Shown here piece after piece: positions 10,599-21,803 of a stretch of 64,000 nucleotides of DNA; the first letter of the stretch is position 1, and every line of letters begins with the position of its first letter. The notes beneath the pieces were generated by a model, which saw only the letters and a program-made list of their open reading frames with translations, was not told the origin of the DNA and did not search any database. A program made the translations under genes and the position numbers. The DNA comes from Cyanophora paradoxa CCMP329 (taxonomy: Eukaryota; Plantae; Glaucophyta). The stretch spans positions 1 through 64,000 of the forward strand of contig QPMI01000401.1 of NCBI GenBank assembly GCA_004431415.1, read 5' to 3'.

Positions 10599-13500
10599 TT
10601 AATCCTTTTTATTTTTGCTGCAATTGCACCCGTGATGCGCGAGCTGGCAATTGTCTTTAAGATGTGGCGCCTGTTGTTTATGCGATCCACGACGAGCCTG
10701 TAATTTGGATCTTGCGGCTCAATCGGAATAGGAAGGGAACAGAGCGCACAGGCGCCCTTCTGTTGCTTCTTGCGCTCTAATATCCACTCCGGCGTAATAT
10801 AATCCGCCTCGTCGAAATCGCGCCCGGCACGCTGATCCTGGCATTTATAACCGCGGATCTTCGTTTTCAGATATTCGATGTAGTCGCTCTTTCCTTGGAA
10901 TCTGTGAATCGTGTATAAATCAGCACAGTGGACAGATCGCGGTTACGAGTGAGAGCGGTATAGAACCATTCGCGAGTGGTATAGCGGAACGTAGCCTCAC
11001 AAATGACAATGCCCGAATCAAGTGTGAGACCTTGCGTTGAATGACCTGTTCCTGCATAAGGGAGAGAAAAATGTTCTAACATCGCGCACGGAACTCGAAC
11101 GTGACGCCATCGAAAACGTCAGTTAATGTGACCATTTGCTTGGTGATTTTGGTGATTCGATAGGTGTAATTCGTGTATGCATTAATAGACTCACCCTCAG
11201 ACCGCGAAATGCGTAGATACCTGCGACAAACGACTTCCAGACCCTTGTAGAATTTGATGCCGTTGACCTCTACGGTTGCAATATTTACTTTTCGTCTATC
11301 GTGCATCAGTTTGTTATAGGCTAAGGTCATTTCGTTTCTGTAAGCGATGCCAAAGTAGCCGTCAGGAATTGCGTTTAGATCATTAATTGTCGGCAACCCG
11401 TATTTCGAGATAATCTGTGCGGCTTCGAGTCCGTTTTCGAAGAGATCCTCTTTAATCGCCCGAATTAATTCACGGTCTGTCTCCTTCTTGTGCCGCTTGT
11501 TAATGCGTAGACTCAGGACGTTAGGGAACATGCTCTGCACAGCGCGCTTATAGTAGCCCTTGCGATCAGAAACCGATAGCTCATCATTAATCGGTTCGTT
11601 CTGATAGGTATCGCCATTAGCCAAATATTTGATATCCGGATAGCGATCGATAAACGACTTGATCTTAGCGAGATCTTTTACAGAATACGCGAATATCTCG
11701 TCGAACATAATGTGACTGAACTCGGAGACGAACGCCCTCTGGTCTTTTTCGCTCATAGCCTCTTCGTAGGTCTGATCATTTGAGACACGGATCCCGAGAA
11801 CATTATACAAAGTGCGAACGGTGATATTCTCGATTCCGCGGACTTTGAGAGAGTCCCTTAGCTCTGCGCACTGTTTGTTATAGGGGCAAATAACTAAGCA
11901 ATTCGACTTTTGAGAGGCGAAGCAATTAATCCCGAGGGTCGACTTTCCACTTCCGGGCATGTCAGCAAGGACAAGCATACGATTATGGAGCTCCGCAACC
12001 CAATTAAAGCACTCCGGATTAAATTCGTCCCTCAGCGAGAACCGGTTAATGAGTGTCTCGGGATCCTGAAATTCGAGAGTTACACCCCGTGGTGGGCGGA
12101 GTGCATTTTCAGGGCATCTTTTCCCGGGAATATAGCTGAATTTGCCCATGTTCTCAAACGCATTTCGGTCGAACTCTTTCTTACTTGTCCATGAACCTTC
12201 GATATATAGGCAATCCGTTCTGATCCGGCAACCTTGTGCCCGCGCGCTGTCAGGCGCTTGTATTGCGCAAACATATTAGCGCGGTTACGATCGTAAATAT
12301 GAAAGTGGATAGGAAGGAATCCATTAACGAGCTCGCGGTGGAGCTGATCTTAACGAAATAGATGTGACCTTCGAATTCGCTAAGAGTTTTGACACGTTTC
12401 GAATTCTTAGGATTGAAAGTAAACACCTCTACTGTTCCTCCGCATTCTTGGGTGAACCTCTCAGCCTCGCACGGTTGTAGAACATTTTCGTGGATGTTTG
12501 CGAGTCTTGGAATTTGCCGAGCATTCCGATCTCTTTCACTAAAATGTGTTTCTTGTCCGTGGTTTGAATGTCACTTGAAAGCACTTTTTGCATCTCAGCG
12601 ATCGACGTATTGGGCACCAAATGCGAAGGCTCCGCGACCGCGATAATCTCTATCTTGTCCTTTACGTCCGCCCAATGCATGGAGAGAGTGTAGCCTGTCA
12701 TGAAATTATAACAGCGACCACTCACGGAAAATGCGCGATCCAGAATAATTTCGATTCCGTCAATCTTGCGAGACATGGCGGCATCATAATCAATGTCCTC
12801 ATCGTCGGCGAAAGTCGCTTGCTCTCTCTCAAACGCAACCACACGCACGTAGTAGATCGCGTATTCGAGAATATCGCTTCCCGCTTTAAAGGGAACGAAG
12901 TCATCGAATACATTGTATTTCGGAAGATATTGCATGCCTTTCAGTATCGAAGGGTAGCACTTCGCCATATCGACAGCTGTGTAGGTAGCTTTTGGGTTCG
13001 GCTTATAGAAATAGCCGCTTAGTGCGGATCGCTTGTAGTGCGTGAGAATTTCGCGCATGTTCGGGCTGTAATGTGAGATATTCGTGGTATTCAGTAGCGA
13101 CTCGCGGAATCCCTTCCCGATTTCACAGACCTTATTATAATACTCCTCTGTTTCGAAATCTTGCTCAATAAAGTGGTCGGTTGTGCGTGGATCTTTGATA
13201 GAGAACATCGAGCCATTAGCTTTGAATGTGATGCTGTCGATCTGTTTCGATGGTGTTAGCTTCACTGCGGGCTCATATCGCATTTTCAGGAACGTAAATA
13301 GAAGACCTTCCAGACCTTCGCGCCCAGTATAAAGAATGCGGATGAAACTGCGCTCGTCGGGCGATAGTTTAAGTTGCGTGATCTTTAACAAATCCTTGGA
13401 TGTGTGCGCGAAGATATCGTGAGTAAGACACGTCGGAATTTATAGAGTGCTAACGAAGAGGTCGACTTAGGAACATGACTTTCGAGCTCTTCGACCTCCA

Positions 13501-14911
13501 TCTTTGCCATGCGCATTTCGAGCGACTTGATGTTATCGTTGAATATATAGATGTGCTTGTTGTGAATCATAAAGTGAATATTGCGGGGAAAGATGTTTTT
13601 GTTAATTGATTCCGACGCGAATTTGTATACTAACTTTCCGTCGACATCAAAGACGCGGAAGCCTGTCTGAATTCTCTTACAGAATTTCTCGATATGGCGG
13701 AGGGTGAGAGCCAGAGAGTCGCCAGGTGTGCATTCACGACCGTGAAAGAATTTATAGAGACCGTCGTACGACATAGTTAAGTCAGTATATCGCGGTTTTG
13801 GCGCCTCCTGACACTTCTTAATGGACGCTCCCCATGTGGAGATGATCATATCATAGCCGCAAGCGTTAGATGTCGATGATTTGGGAAGCTCAATAATATC
13901 TTCGAACTCAGACGCGTTTGGATTTAATGTGTAGTCTGTGAATTTGCTCATAATCGCGGTGCATCGCATGCTGTCCATTAGCTCCTCATCCAGAAACTCA
14001 TAGCGATTGCCAGGTATAGCACCGGCTCCATCGTCCTCGACACCTTCCTCCCCATCGATCGCGACCTCATGAACAGTTATAAAGGCATCATCGACACTGC
14101 CGCCAAAATCATCGAAACCTTTGCGTAGGTTTTTCTGTTCCTCGGTTGGTGGTGTCTTAAAGAAGAACATCTCGTATGCTTGTCCGAAAGTTCCCAGACC
14201 AATCTTCAATTCATCGTAGTTTTCGAGTAAATAGAAGATTGAATCTCTCTCTTCCGAATAATAACGATTTTGAGCGGTGAGAATTCCATACACTCTATCG
14301 ATTTTTGCCAGAGCAAAGTTTCGCAACACCCTCACCGAAACTGTCTCTCTTATATTCTCGTAGGTGACAAAGGTTCTGTCTTTTATATATGTTCCGGGAA
14401 TTCCGGGAATAACAATTACCTCCGACGACCGAGCACCGGATCCAGGTCCCCATAGCTTGAACGTAATTGTCGCGAGAGTTTCCGGATCATATTGGGCGAT
14501 TGGATCGAGAATAGTGCGTTTAATCGCATCCTCTACCGCTTTTAGCTGTCCTTTGAATTGCTTCGCTTGGAGCTTCGCTTCTTTCGCCCGCTTCTTTTCT
14601 TGCTTGCGATCGAAGCGCTGTAAACGCTTCGCCTCTTGTTCTTTTTGCTTTTGCTTTTCTATATTAACTTGGGTGCGAGCGGCGCGCTTTTCTTTCCGCT
14701 CTGCCCTGCGGAAAACGCGGGGATTAATGATTCCATTCAGCGTATCCCGAATGTCTATCAGCGTTTGGAGCTTGGGCTTCCGATTCATTGTGTTGTGCAT
14801 CGCCCAATGCGCCTGTTCTTCGGTTAGCAAATCCTGACTCAATCCCTGCATAATGTATCCGATAATTTCATCCCGAACATTGTTAGCGATTCTGTTGGTT
14901 GCGCGCGGCAT
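10599..14911 (-). CDS. Putative replicase polyprotein: N-terminal region, vOTU-like, family B polymerase core, SF1 (Pif1/RecD-like) helicase, HNH (several frameshifts)
   Basis: Stitched ORFs give NACGYD...HNKHIY; VDMAKCYPS (motif A); KHILVKEIGMLGK (degenerate B); GIRTDC (C); PGSGKS, FDE, GD..QNEP, HSTQG, YTALTR; CALC...VDRINN...NCQLAHHGCN. Confidence 0.75.
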
Positions 14912-15079
14912 CTCTATTAGTTCTTTTAAAATAACCGGAGAAAATAATTTCGACGCAATCTACCAAATTCTCCTTTTCATACCCTTGTCGCTAATTCTTT
15001 AAGTGCTTTTTGACGGATACGGGGAATAAAAAGGGAGGTAAAAAATTAATCATTTTTCGCATCGTGCGGATACTTTCCG

Positions 15080-15493
15080 CTACGAATTTTTCGCGTTCTC
15101 GACCACATGCTTTCGGGGTCTTCCAGCGGGCTTTTGCGGCTGGGGCTTCACCGGCGGATTCAGCTTGCGTTCCGCTCTTTTCCTTCGTTGGTATTCACGT
15201 GCCTTCTCTCGGATTTTCTCCCGATACTCTTCATCGTCTTGGTATCGCTGCTGTTTACGAATTGCAATCTTTTGTAGCTGTTCCGGGGTGAATATCGTAG
15301 CCTCTCCGGCGGCTAATCGCTCCTGCTTTTGTCTCTGATGCTTGTTTCGCTGCCGCTCGGCGTCTTTTTCGCGTTTCAGTCGTAATCTCTCCGCCTTCTC
15401 CTCTTCTGAAATCACCTTTTTCGGTCGCCCGGGTCTGCGCTTTTCCTGCTGTGCCGCCATTGCCTCTTGGTTTGAAATCTTGGGTTTCGCCAT
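15080..15493 (-). CDS. Basic coiled-coil DNA-binding protein with AT-hook-like motifs
   Basis: RRPGRPKK and GRPRK; K/R/E-rich; conserved upstream motif. Confidence 0.65.
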   Translation of the reverse strand: MAKPKISNQEAMAAQQEKRRPGRPKKVISEEEKAERLRLKREKDAERQRNKHQRQKQERLAAGEATIFTPEQLQKIAIRKQQRYQDDEEYREKIREKAREYQRRKRAERKLNPPVKPQPQKPAGRPRKHVVENAKNS

Positions 15494-15712
15494 TTACTAT
15501 AACCGGAGAAAATAGTTTTTTGTCACTCTGTATTATTTCCCTTGCCCTTAAATACCTTTTACCGAAACCTTCAATTTTTGCCCTTGGCTCGATACAAGCG
15601 CCACCGAAATTCACCGCTCAATAACCATTCCAGACGGTTCGTTCTTGTTGCTGAGGATATACATAAGGTTGCTGAGGATAAACATAAGGGTTCGTTACAT
15701 TTTCATCGTCGC

Positions 15713-16051
15713 CTAATGCCATTTGATCCAATCTATACATCGGATAAGGGAGTCAGCGCGCAAATGACCTTCTACAAACTCAGGACATGATCGCCTTCTA
15801 ATATGCTCTACATGCACGTCCTCTATCTGAGCGGTTTCGATATTGGAACTCATAGCCGCGGTCACAGGCGAGGGTGATCGAGATCGTGGGTGGTTGTGAT
15901 TGTCGCTATGGTTAGAATATACAGAAAGGCGCCTACCTCCATGGTCTTCATCGGTAATATCAACCTCTACGGTTGTGTCGCAACAGGAGTTGTGGCACGT
16001 GCTTGTGAAATGCAAATGAAACATTTCAATGCATTGTGTGATGAAATTCAT
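15713..16051 (-). CDS. Small Cys/His-rich hypothetical protein
   Basis: Open frame with CHNSCC; partial copy of the upstream motif at 16085-16094. Confidence 0.4.
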   Translation of the reverse strand: MNFITQCIEMFHLHFTSTCHNSCCDTTVEVDITDEDHGGRRLSVYSNHSDNHNHPRSRSPSPVTAAMSSNIETAQIEDVHVEHIRRRSCPEFVEGHLRADSLIRCIDWIKWH

Positions 16052-16255
16052 CGACCCTACAAATGGGCAACGTATTAAATATGTGAGAAAATAAAAGGGA
16101 ATGAGGCTATTGCTTGCTCGTGTGTTCCCCTACGAATTGGTCGACCTTATAATGCTGTTTATGGAGCCGACATGCCCGTTTTGCAAGGGCGTTCATATTA
16201 AGACCCGCTCTAAATACGGGCGGGTTCAGCTTTGCCTTGCGGATATTCACAGTCA

Positions 16256-16939
16256 TTAGCGGATATGGCGTTTACCACCGAGCATTGCCGCGAAATTCGC
16301 TGGTGCAGTCGGCACTATATGTGCATATTGCGGGGCGACCGATTGCTGACGAGTTACGGCTTGCGCATCTGTCTTTTCCTCCTTTTTAATCTCCTCTACG
16401 TCGACTTTTTGCTTTAATCCGAGCTTTGAGATCTCTTTCTTAACGAGACCCTTTAATTTCTTGCGTTCGTTATAATCTTGCATCCATTTCTCGTAGTTAG
16501 AGACTTTCATTTCGAGGTCTCGCACTTTCTCTTCGAAGCTCATGACAACGTCGACAGGAACCGTGTGTTTTTGATAAGATCCGCGCTTTTTAAGCTCGGT
16601 TTCGGCGGCTTTCGGGACGTCTTGCGTTTTGTGCTGGCTTGCGACAACTTGGGCTTTTAGTACTTTGTCGGTTGCTTCATCGACGGAGCCGCCTCCAATC
16701 TGTGGTTATACAGTAGCTAAATCCTCCATTTGGCGTTTACCGCTATCTTGGTTGCCCTTGTCCGCGGTGGCACTCGCAATAATCGCCTCTTGCTTGGCGA
16801 CCTCTTCTGGCGAAGTGTCTATAAGATATTCGGGCATTTCGAGACCGCCGCCCGACGTTAATCCAGACTCTTCAAGTCCGCGATTAGGATTACCAGAAGC
16901 GACCGTTTGAATGGTTTGAGGCTTCTTTCGGTAGACCAT
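16256..16939 (-). CDS. Charged coiled-coil hypothetical protein (probably one gene with an in-frame stop and a frameshift)
   Basis: 16939-16706 reads on past TAA for ~55 codons and joins 16543-16256 with one indel. Confidence 0.5.
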
Positions 16940-16941
16940 GA

Positions 16942-17808
16942 TTATCTTTTCTTACACTTGATTAACATTTTCTTTTTCTTGGGCGAAATTTGCGAAAGTT
17001 TGGGGATACCTTCAAGCTCACGCTCAAATTTGGATAAAGTTTTGCATACAGTTGTCGAATCTTTGACAGGCGGCGGTTTTGTAGCTTGCTCCTCTTGTTG
17101 TTTGCGCCTCTTTTCTTCAAAAGCCGCCCGCTTGTGGAATTTAGTAAACGGATGGTCATCGATCATATCGGCTTTTTCGACCCACCATCGCACAGAATAC
17201 CCGGTATTATCGTGAATGATCGCTTGGTAGCTATGACAGAATTCTTGGAACATGCGTTTGAAACTCTCTTTATCCATGTTTCCGAATTCCTCGTGATATG
17301 CTTCAAACTCTCGCATGTTTGACCAGCTTAGGAATATGATATACTCCGCATTGCTGCGAATGATCGTTGAAAGCTTTGTTAGTTTCTGCGATATTAGCGC
17401 CACGGAACAAAACGTATGACGACCTTGCGCCATCAATTTATTTAGCAAATGATCGCGCGAAAGATCGATAGTTCCGGACTCCAAACAATCGTCGAGCACA
17501 ATGAGAATATTCTTTGGTTTCTTACCCGCAATGATAGCCTTCTTGCGGGCTTCTATGATCGACTCTACATATTCAGGTTTCCAGGTGTCATGCACTTCGT
17601 CTGTAATTTGTCCCCAGAAACCGTTGAAACTCGTTGGACAAAAGACCAGAACGTATGAGATCTGGTCTTCGAGTTCTTTGATCAGCCACTTTAAGAATAC
17701 CGATTTACCACAATTGGTTTTCGCCAATAGGAGAAATCGTGCGGGAAGTTTCACCCTCTGTTTCGGGTTCCATTCTTCGAGATCCATGGGCGTCGTCCCT
17801 TTTTGCAT
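16942..17808 (-). CDS. A32/FtsK-like DNA packaging ATPase
   Basis: Walker A AKTNCGKS, Walker B LIVLDDC, QGRH, ISQ, IIRSNAEY. Confidence 0.92.
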   Translation of the reverse strand: MQKGTTPMDLEEWNPKQRVKLPARFLLLAKTNCGKSVFLKWLIKELEDQISYVLVFCPTSFNGFWGQITDEVHDTWKPEYVESIIEARKKAIIAGKKPKNILIVLDDCLESGTIDLSRDHLLNKLMAQGRHTFCSVALISQKLTKLSTIIRSNAEYIIFLSWSNMREFEAYHEEFGNMDKESFKRMFQEFCHSYQAIIHDNTGYSVRWWVEKADMIDDHPFTKFHKRAAFEEKRRKQQEEQATKPPPVKDSTTVCKTLSKFERELEGIPKLSQISPKKKKMLIKCKKR

Positions 17809-17858
17809 TCTTTCACTATAAAAACAATAGAAAAATAAGACTGAATGTGGTAATTGGT

Positions 17859-18575
17859 TTAGATTTCGTTTAGGATCGCTTTATCACCCAGAATTTCGGC
17901 GGCTTTCTCATTGTAAAATCGAGCTGCGTCTTCCTTTGTGTCACATATTTTGCGCCATCTCTGTTTGTTATGCATGAAACTCGCTTCCCACTTTCCAGAT
18001 CTCGTTTGATTGACACCACGATAACCACTCGAATTCGTTGATTTCAGCAATCTACGAGTTAGATTTACAGGATCCACATCATTAAGAACCGCAAGATCGC
18101 CGAACAGTTCGGTTGCTTTTGCATTGTATGCTGCTGCGGCTTCTTCTTTTGTGTTAAAGCATCCGAGATTATAAGAAATTCCGTTCTTTTGAATTTCAGC
18201 TCTCCATTTTCCAGTGTCTTTTCTCTGCATCACTCCTTTGAGACCTGACTTATTTGTTCGTCTCACGCCAGTGTGAATAACACTCTCTTGTGGAGTTAAG
18301 AAGCGAAGATTGCAACGCCTATTATCCAGTTTGTCTCTACTGATGTGATCTACAAAGAGTCCATCGCGGCTTCCCATAATCCACTTGTGCATGTCAATAT
18401 TCTTGCCCTTTCCAACATAGCCCCATGCGTAACCTCTGACATTATGAAAATACCACTTACTGATTTTAGTGACATGCTCATAGTCTGCTTCATCGACAAG
18501 CGCAAATTTGCCTTCTCCATGCTTTCCATTAAGTGCAATTCGCCTAATGCCTTCCATTTGTCCGCCGTATGCCAT
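17859..18575 (-). CDS. HNH endonuclease with two AP2 domains
   Basis: VDHISRDKLDNRRCNLR; SGLKGV...KWRAEI...LGCFNTKEEAAAAYN; second SGYRGV...KWEA...AARFYN. Confidence 0.9.
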   Translation of the reverse strand: MAYGGQMEGIRRIALNGKHGEGKFALVDEADYEHVTKISKWYFHNVRGYAWGYVGKGKNIDMHKWIMGSRDGLFVDHISRDKLDNRRCNLRFLTPQESVIHTGVRRTNKSGLKGVMQRKDTGKWRAEIQKNGISYNLGCFNTKEEAAAAYNAKATELFGDLAVLNDVDPVNLTRRLLKSTNSSGYRGVNQTRSGKWEASFMHNKQRWRKICDTKEDAARFYNEKAAEILGDKAILNEI

Positions 18576-18647
18576 AAACTTATAAATCGTCTTGTCCTTA
18601 AATGGGCAAAAGATAAAAAGAACGTCATTTTTTGTCCGACGAATTCC

Positions 18648-19961
18648 TTAGCTACTTACACGCCTGATTCCGTCGGCACCAATTATCATTATGTTGTGAG
18701 CGAGGGCAATGCACTGAATTTGCATCTTCTGATAAGCGGCACCCGCATACCATTCTGATGAACCTTCGGCTGCCGTTGTGACACCGTTGAATTCGAAGAC
18801 CAGATCGAACGCCGATGTGCCTGTGGCATCGATGTAGCCCGTGTTCTCTTGGTTGAGAAGCGACGCTTTTCCGTTTCCGGCACCGAAGTAAATGCCAGTG
18901 AGAGCGGGGTAGCTTGTGCTCTCGGTAAAGATCGCCGAATTATATTTATCTTGAAGTTCGGTCGCGGCAATCATGAGAGGAAGCGAAGTATTCGAGTAAA
19001 GGCGGTTATTGTTGAGTTCCACATAGAAGCTTACGGCGTTGGTTCTGAGTGCACGAGGAGCCAGAACCGAGAGAGTTCCGTTGTTCACCTTCGTCTTCGC
19101 GTTTTGGCGCACAGAGAATACGAGAGTGTGGATGAGACCCGCACCTGTGAGTTGCGAGAGATTGACTCGCGAACCGGAGGCGGTCGGCTGGAAATCTGTG
19201 TGTAGGAAACCGATTTCGTTGTAGGGGATCGCGATGCCAGTCGATTTAACACGGGCAATGGTCTCAGATACAACCGCCTCATCGGCATTTACGACCTTGC
19301 AAATAACGCGGGGTTTCAGCACTTGAAGGGAAGCGCCATTGTTGGTTACCGCAATATTAGCAACATTGTTCACATCCTCGATGATACCATCCCCTTGCGC
19401 CTTGAATTCGATTTCTACTGTGATCTCAGAGTTCAGAGCGCAAAGTGGGAACATCGCCTTTTCGAAAGGAGAGGGTAAATCGATTTCGTAGGTTCCACCA
19501 ACAGTGTTACCAGCGGTTCCGACAAGACCACCCACATAGCGAAGTTTCTTATCGAGTTCGCCCTGTTCAGTCATCAGTAGAAAATACTGGGTGACGAAAT
19601 CTTCCGGGACAACATAGCGGAATGAAGCGTGAGAGATTTCAATGCGCTTAATTAGCGATCCAATGACGCGAAGGTAGCCAGTAGTTCCAGCGACACCATT
19701 CGTGAGATCAGTGAGGGTGATCGGGTTTAGATCGAGTTGCAGCGCGAGACCATTCAGGAAATGGTAGCGGGGGATCTTGAAAACTACTCGGTTACCGAGG
19801 GCATTGGTTGGTTCGGTATCGGGGGCGACCAGAACTCGAAGTGGCTTAGTGCCAGAGGACGTTCCAATGACCAGCGACTTGTTTAGGAAATAATCCTTGT
19901 AGTCATCGGTGGTGAGCATAGATTTCAGCGTTGGGCGCTGGAATTGGCTGTTAGTCTCCAT
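18648..19961 (-). CDS. Major capsid protein (double jelly-roll)
   Basis: 437 aa, beta-rich; VVFKIPR..., LIKRIEI, FPLCALNSEITVEIEF resemble DJR capsids; adjacent to ATPase and pentons. Confidence 0.8.
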   Translation of the reverse strand: METNSQFQRPTLKSMLTTDDYKDYFLNKSLVIGTSSGTKPLRVLVAPDTEPTNALGNRVVFKIPRYHFLNGLALQLDLNPITLTDLTNGVAGTTGYLRVIGSLIKRIEISHASFRYVVPEDFVTQYFLLMTEQGELDKKLRYVGGLVGTAGNTVGGTYEIDLPSPFEKAMFPLCALNSEITVEIEFKAQGDGIIEDVNNVANIAVTNNGASLQVLKPRVICKVVNADEAVVSETIARVKSTGIAIPYNEIGFLHTDFQPTASGSRVNLSQLTGAGLIHTLVFSVRQNAKTKVNNGTLSVLAPRALRTNAVSFYVELNNNRLYSNTSLPLMIAATELQDKYNSAIFTESTSYPALTGIYFGAGNGKASLLNQENTGYIDATGTSAFDLVFEFNGVTTAAEGSSEWYAGAAYQKMQIQCIALAHNIMIIGADGIRRVSS

Positions 19962-20008
19962 GAGCGTTTCTTCTCTTATCTTTGGGATCAGAAAATAATT
20001 TAAAGGGC

Positions 20009-20935
20009 TTAGTAGAAATTCATTTCGGGCGGTGCGTCGTAGGTTTCGATTTCAAAAGTGAAATAATGCGCCCAAACCCCGAAATCTAAGAGAGCGCCAT
20101 CATGGTCGATGAGTTTAATCGTCAAGCGGTCGAACGATTTTAATTCGCGGAATTCACGAATGAGAGGCACCGTAGTGGACGTGTCGAAGTGGTAGATATC
20201 ACCATGTTCGAGTTCCTGTGGGATTGGAATGCGCATGAAATAACCATCGACGTGCTTGTTGACTGAGCGAATAAACGGCGCAAATTCGTCAATATATAGC
20301 CAGATCATCGCCGCCGGGGTCTCATCTCCACGAGTATAGCCGCGAATGCGTCGATTGAGTGTCACAGTTCCCGTCCCAGGATTAAACACAAGGAATGTAT
20401 CGCTTGCAAGAGGGGTAAATGTCTCGTAAACATATAGTTGAATATCTTTGAAACCGAATATTGCGAGTTTCTTAGCGATTGCTTTGCGGTTACTGGATTT
20501 TCTGAGTGTTTCAGGGGAAGCTTTGGAGAACTTGAACCAAAAGTTACTATCACTGAAAAACTCATAGATCTTTGAAGTAGTATTATAGCGGCATTTAATA
20601 TATTTTCCACCGAAATCTGAAAGGCGAGCTGCTTCGAGTCTTTCTGTGACTTTTGCGGCAAGGTCGTCTTTGGTGTAAAATCCTTTGGGGATTGTGATGG
20701 TCACGAATCCGGAATCCGAAGCTGTGACCGAGAAATAGAGTTCCATGCGCTCGATGGTTGCACCAGTGGCGTCTATATCGTTTGTCACGGTCGAAAGAAC
20801 ATTGGGAACCGTTGCCTGCACCAGGCGCACCGATTTTACGTTGTCATAGCGACGGGGTAATGTCACTACATACTGGTTTGGCTGAGTAAACTCCTCATCG
20901 CGATCATCGCTCGAAAAGCTCAGGTATTCTTTCAT
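20009..20935 (-). CDS. Minor capsid/penton-like protein 1
   Basis: Start at MKEYLSFSSDDRD...NQY...L...YDNVKSVRL..ATVPN; C-terminal LTIKL...G.LLDFG...HYFTFEIE, a single jelly-roll penton pattern. Confidence 0.72.
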   Translation of the reverse strand: MKEYLSFSSDDRDEEFTQPNQYVVTLPRRYDNVKSVRLVQATVPNVLSTVTNDIDATGATIERMELYFSVTASDSGFVTITIPKGFYTKDDLAAKVTERLEAARLSDFGGKYIKCRYNTTSKIYEFFSDSNFWFKFSKASPETLRKSSNRKAIAKKLAIFGFKDIQLYVYETFTPLASDTFLVFNPGTGTVTLNRRIRGYTRGDETPAAMIWLYIDEFAPFIRSVNKHVDGYFMRIPIPQELEHGDIYHFDTSTTVPLIREFRELKSFDRLTIKLIDHDGALLDFGVWAHYFTFEIETYDAPPEMNFY

Positions 20936-20951
20936 CTTACTATAATAGATT

Positions 20952-21797
20952 ATGAAAAGAATAACAATAAATTGCGACAGTAGAGACCTTGAAAACGGCG
21001 TGCTGCACTTGAAAACGCGCCTTAATAATGTAAGGCGATTTCGTGTGCTATCAGCTGAGATTCCCAATAGCTCTTATGTTGTTCCGCCCGATCAGACAAT
21101 AACTATAACGCTTTTGAACGAAGAGCCCACAGTAATTCCCGCATCCAAAATGATAGCACCGATTCCCAGCGTAAACGATTATTATTACGTCGATGCTGAT
21201 AACGAACGATATCCGAAAGAGAGAGCTTTAAACAGTGATGCTTTACTCGGATTTGCTGGCGGTTCTTTTAATCCACTCGGTCTCTTCCCGGTTTCCTATT
21301 CTCTCGCTCTCTCTACGAACCGCTTCGTTTTTTCATCTCCGAATAGCCCTTTTACATTAGAGAGCTCAGACCAGGAGCTCTGTGATTGTCTCGGCATAGA
21401 ACCCGGAGTGGTTTACGCCAGCACACCAGAACCAGTGCCGGTTCCACTCAGAGATTACCCCAGTCGCTACGCGATTATATGCCCGAAAATGGTCGACTTT
21501 AATGCAATTCCATATATTTACCTTGATATCGAAGAGCTCCGCCCGTTTACCAAATTCGCAGCGGTTACTGGGAGACTGAACAATGTCGACGACTCCTATC
21601 TATTGCGAATTCAGATGAACTCGGACTTTGGTAGATATTCCTTTTACCACGAACCGAGCGCAAGCATCCCTTTCGTAAATGTCACATCGCAACTCGATTT
21701 AGATCGCCTCACAATATCGCTTCGAAAATGGCGGGGCTCTGTTGCGGATATAAACGGTCTCTCATACTCGTTTCAGCTGGAAGTGATCACCGATTAA
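20952..21797 (+). CDS. Minor capsid/penton-like protein 2
   Basis: INCDSRD...L.NV....VLSAEIPNS; PYIYLDIEEL; LDRLTISLR...G...DING..YSFQLEV. Confidence 0.72.
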   Translation: MKRITINCDSRDLENGVLHLKTRLNNVRRFRVLSAEIPNSSYVVPPDQTITITLLNEEPTVIPASKMIAPIPSVNDYYYVDADNERYPKERALNSDALLGFAGGSFNPLGLFPVSYSLALSTNRFVFSSPNSPFTLESSDQELCDCLGIEPGVVYASTPEPVPVPLRDYPSRYAIICPKMVDFNAIPYIYLDIEELRPFTKFAAVTGRLNNVDDSYLLRIQMNSDFGRYSFYHEPSASIPFVNVTSQLDLDRLTISLRKWRGSVADINGLSYSFQLEVITD

Positions 21798-21803
21798 GCG
21801 CTG

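Noticed and set aside
1-17000. Programmed frameshifting or true pseudogenisation of many viral genes
   Set aside because: Mostly single-base losses, often in homopolymers, densest toward the window start and also in non-coding TIR sequence. Consensus error is more likely, but this is unresolved without reads.
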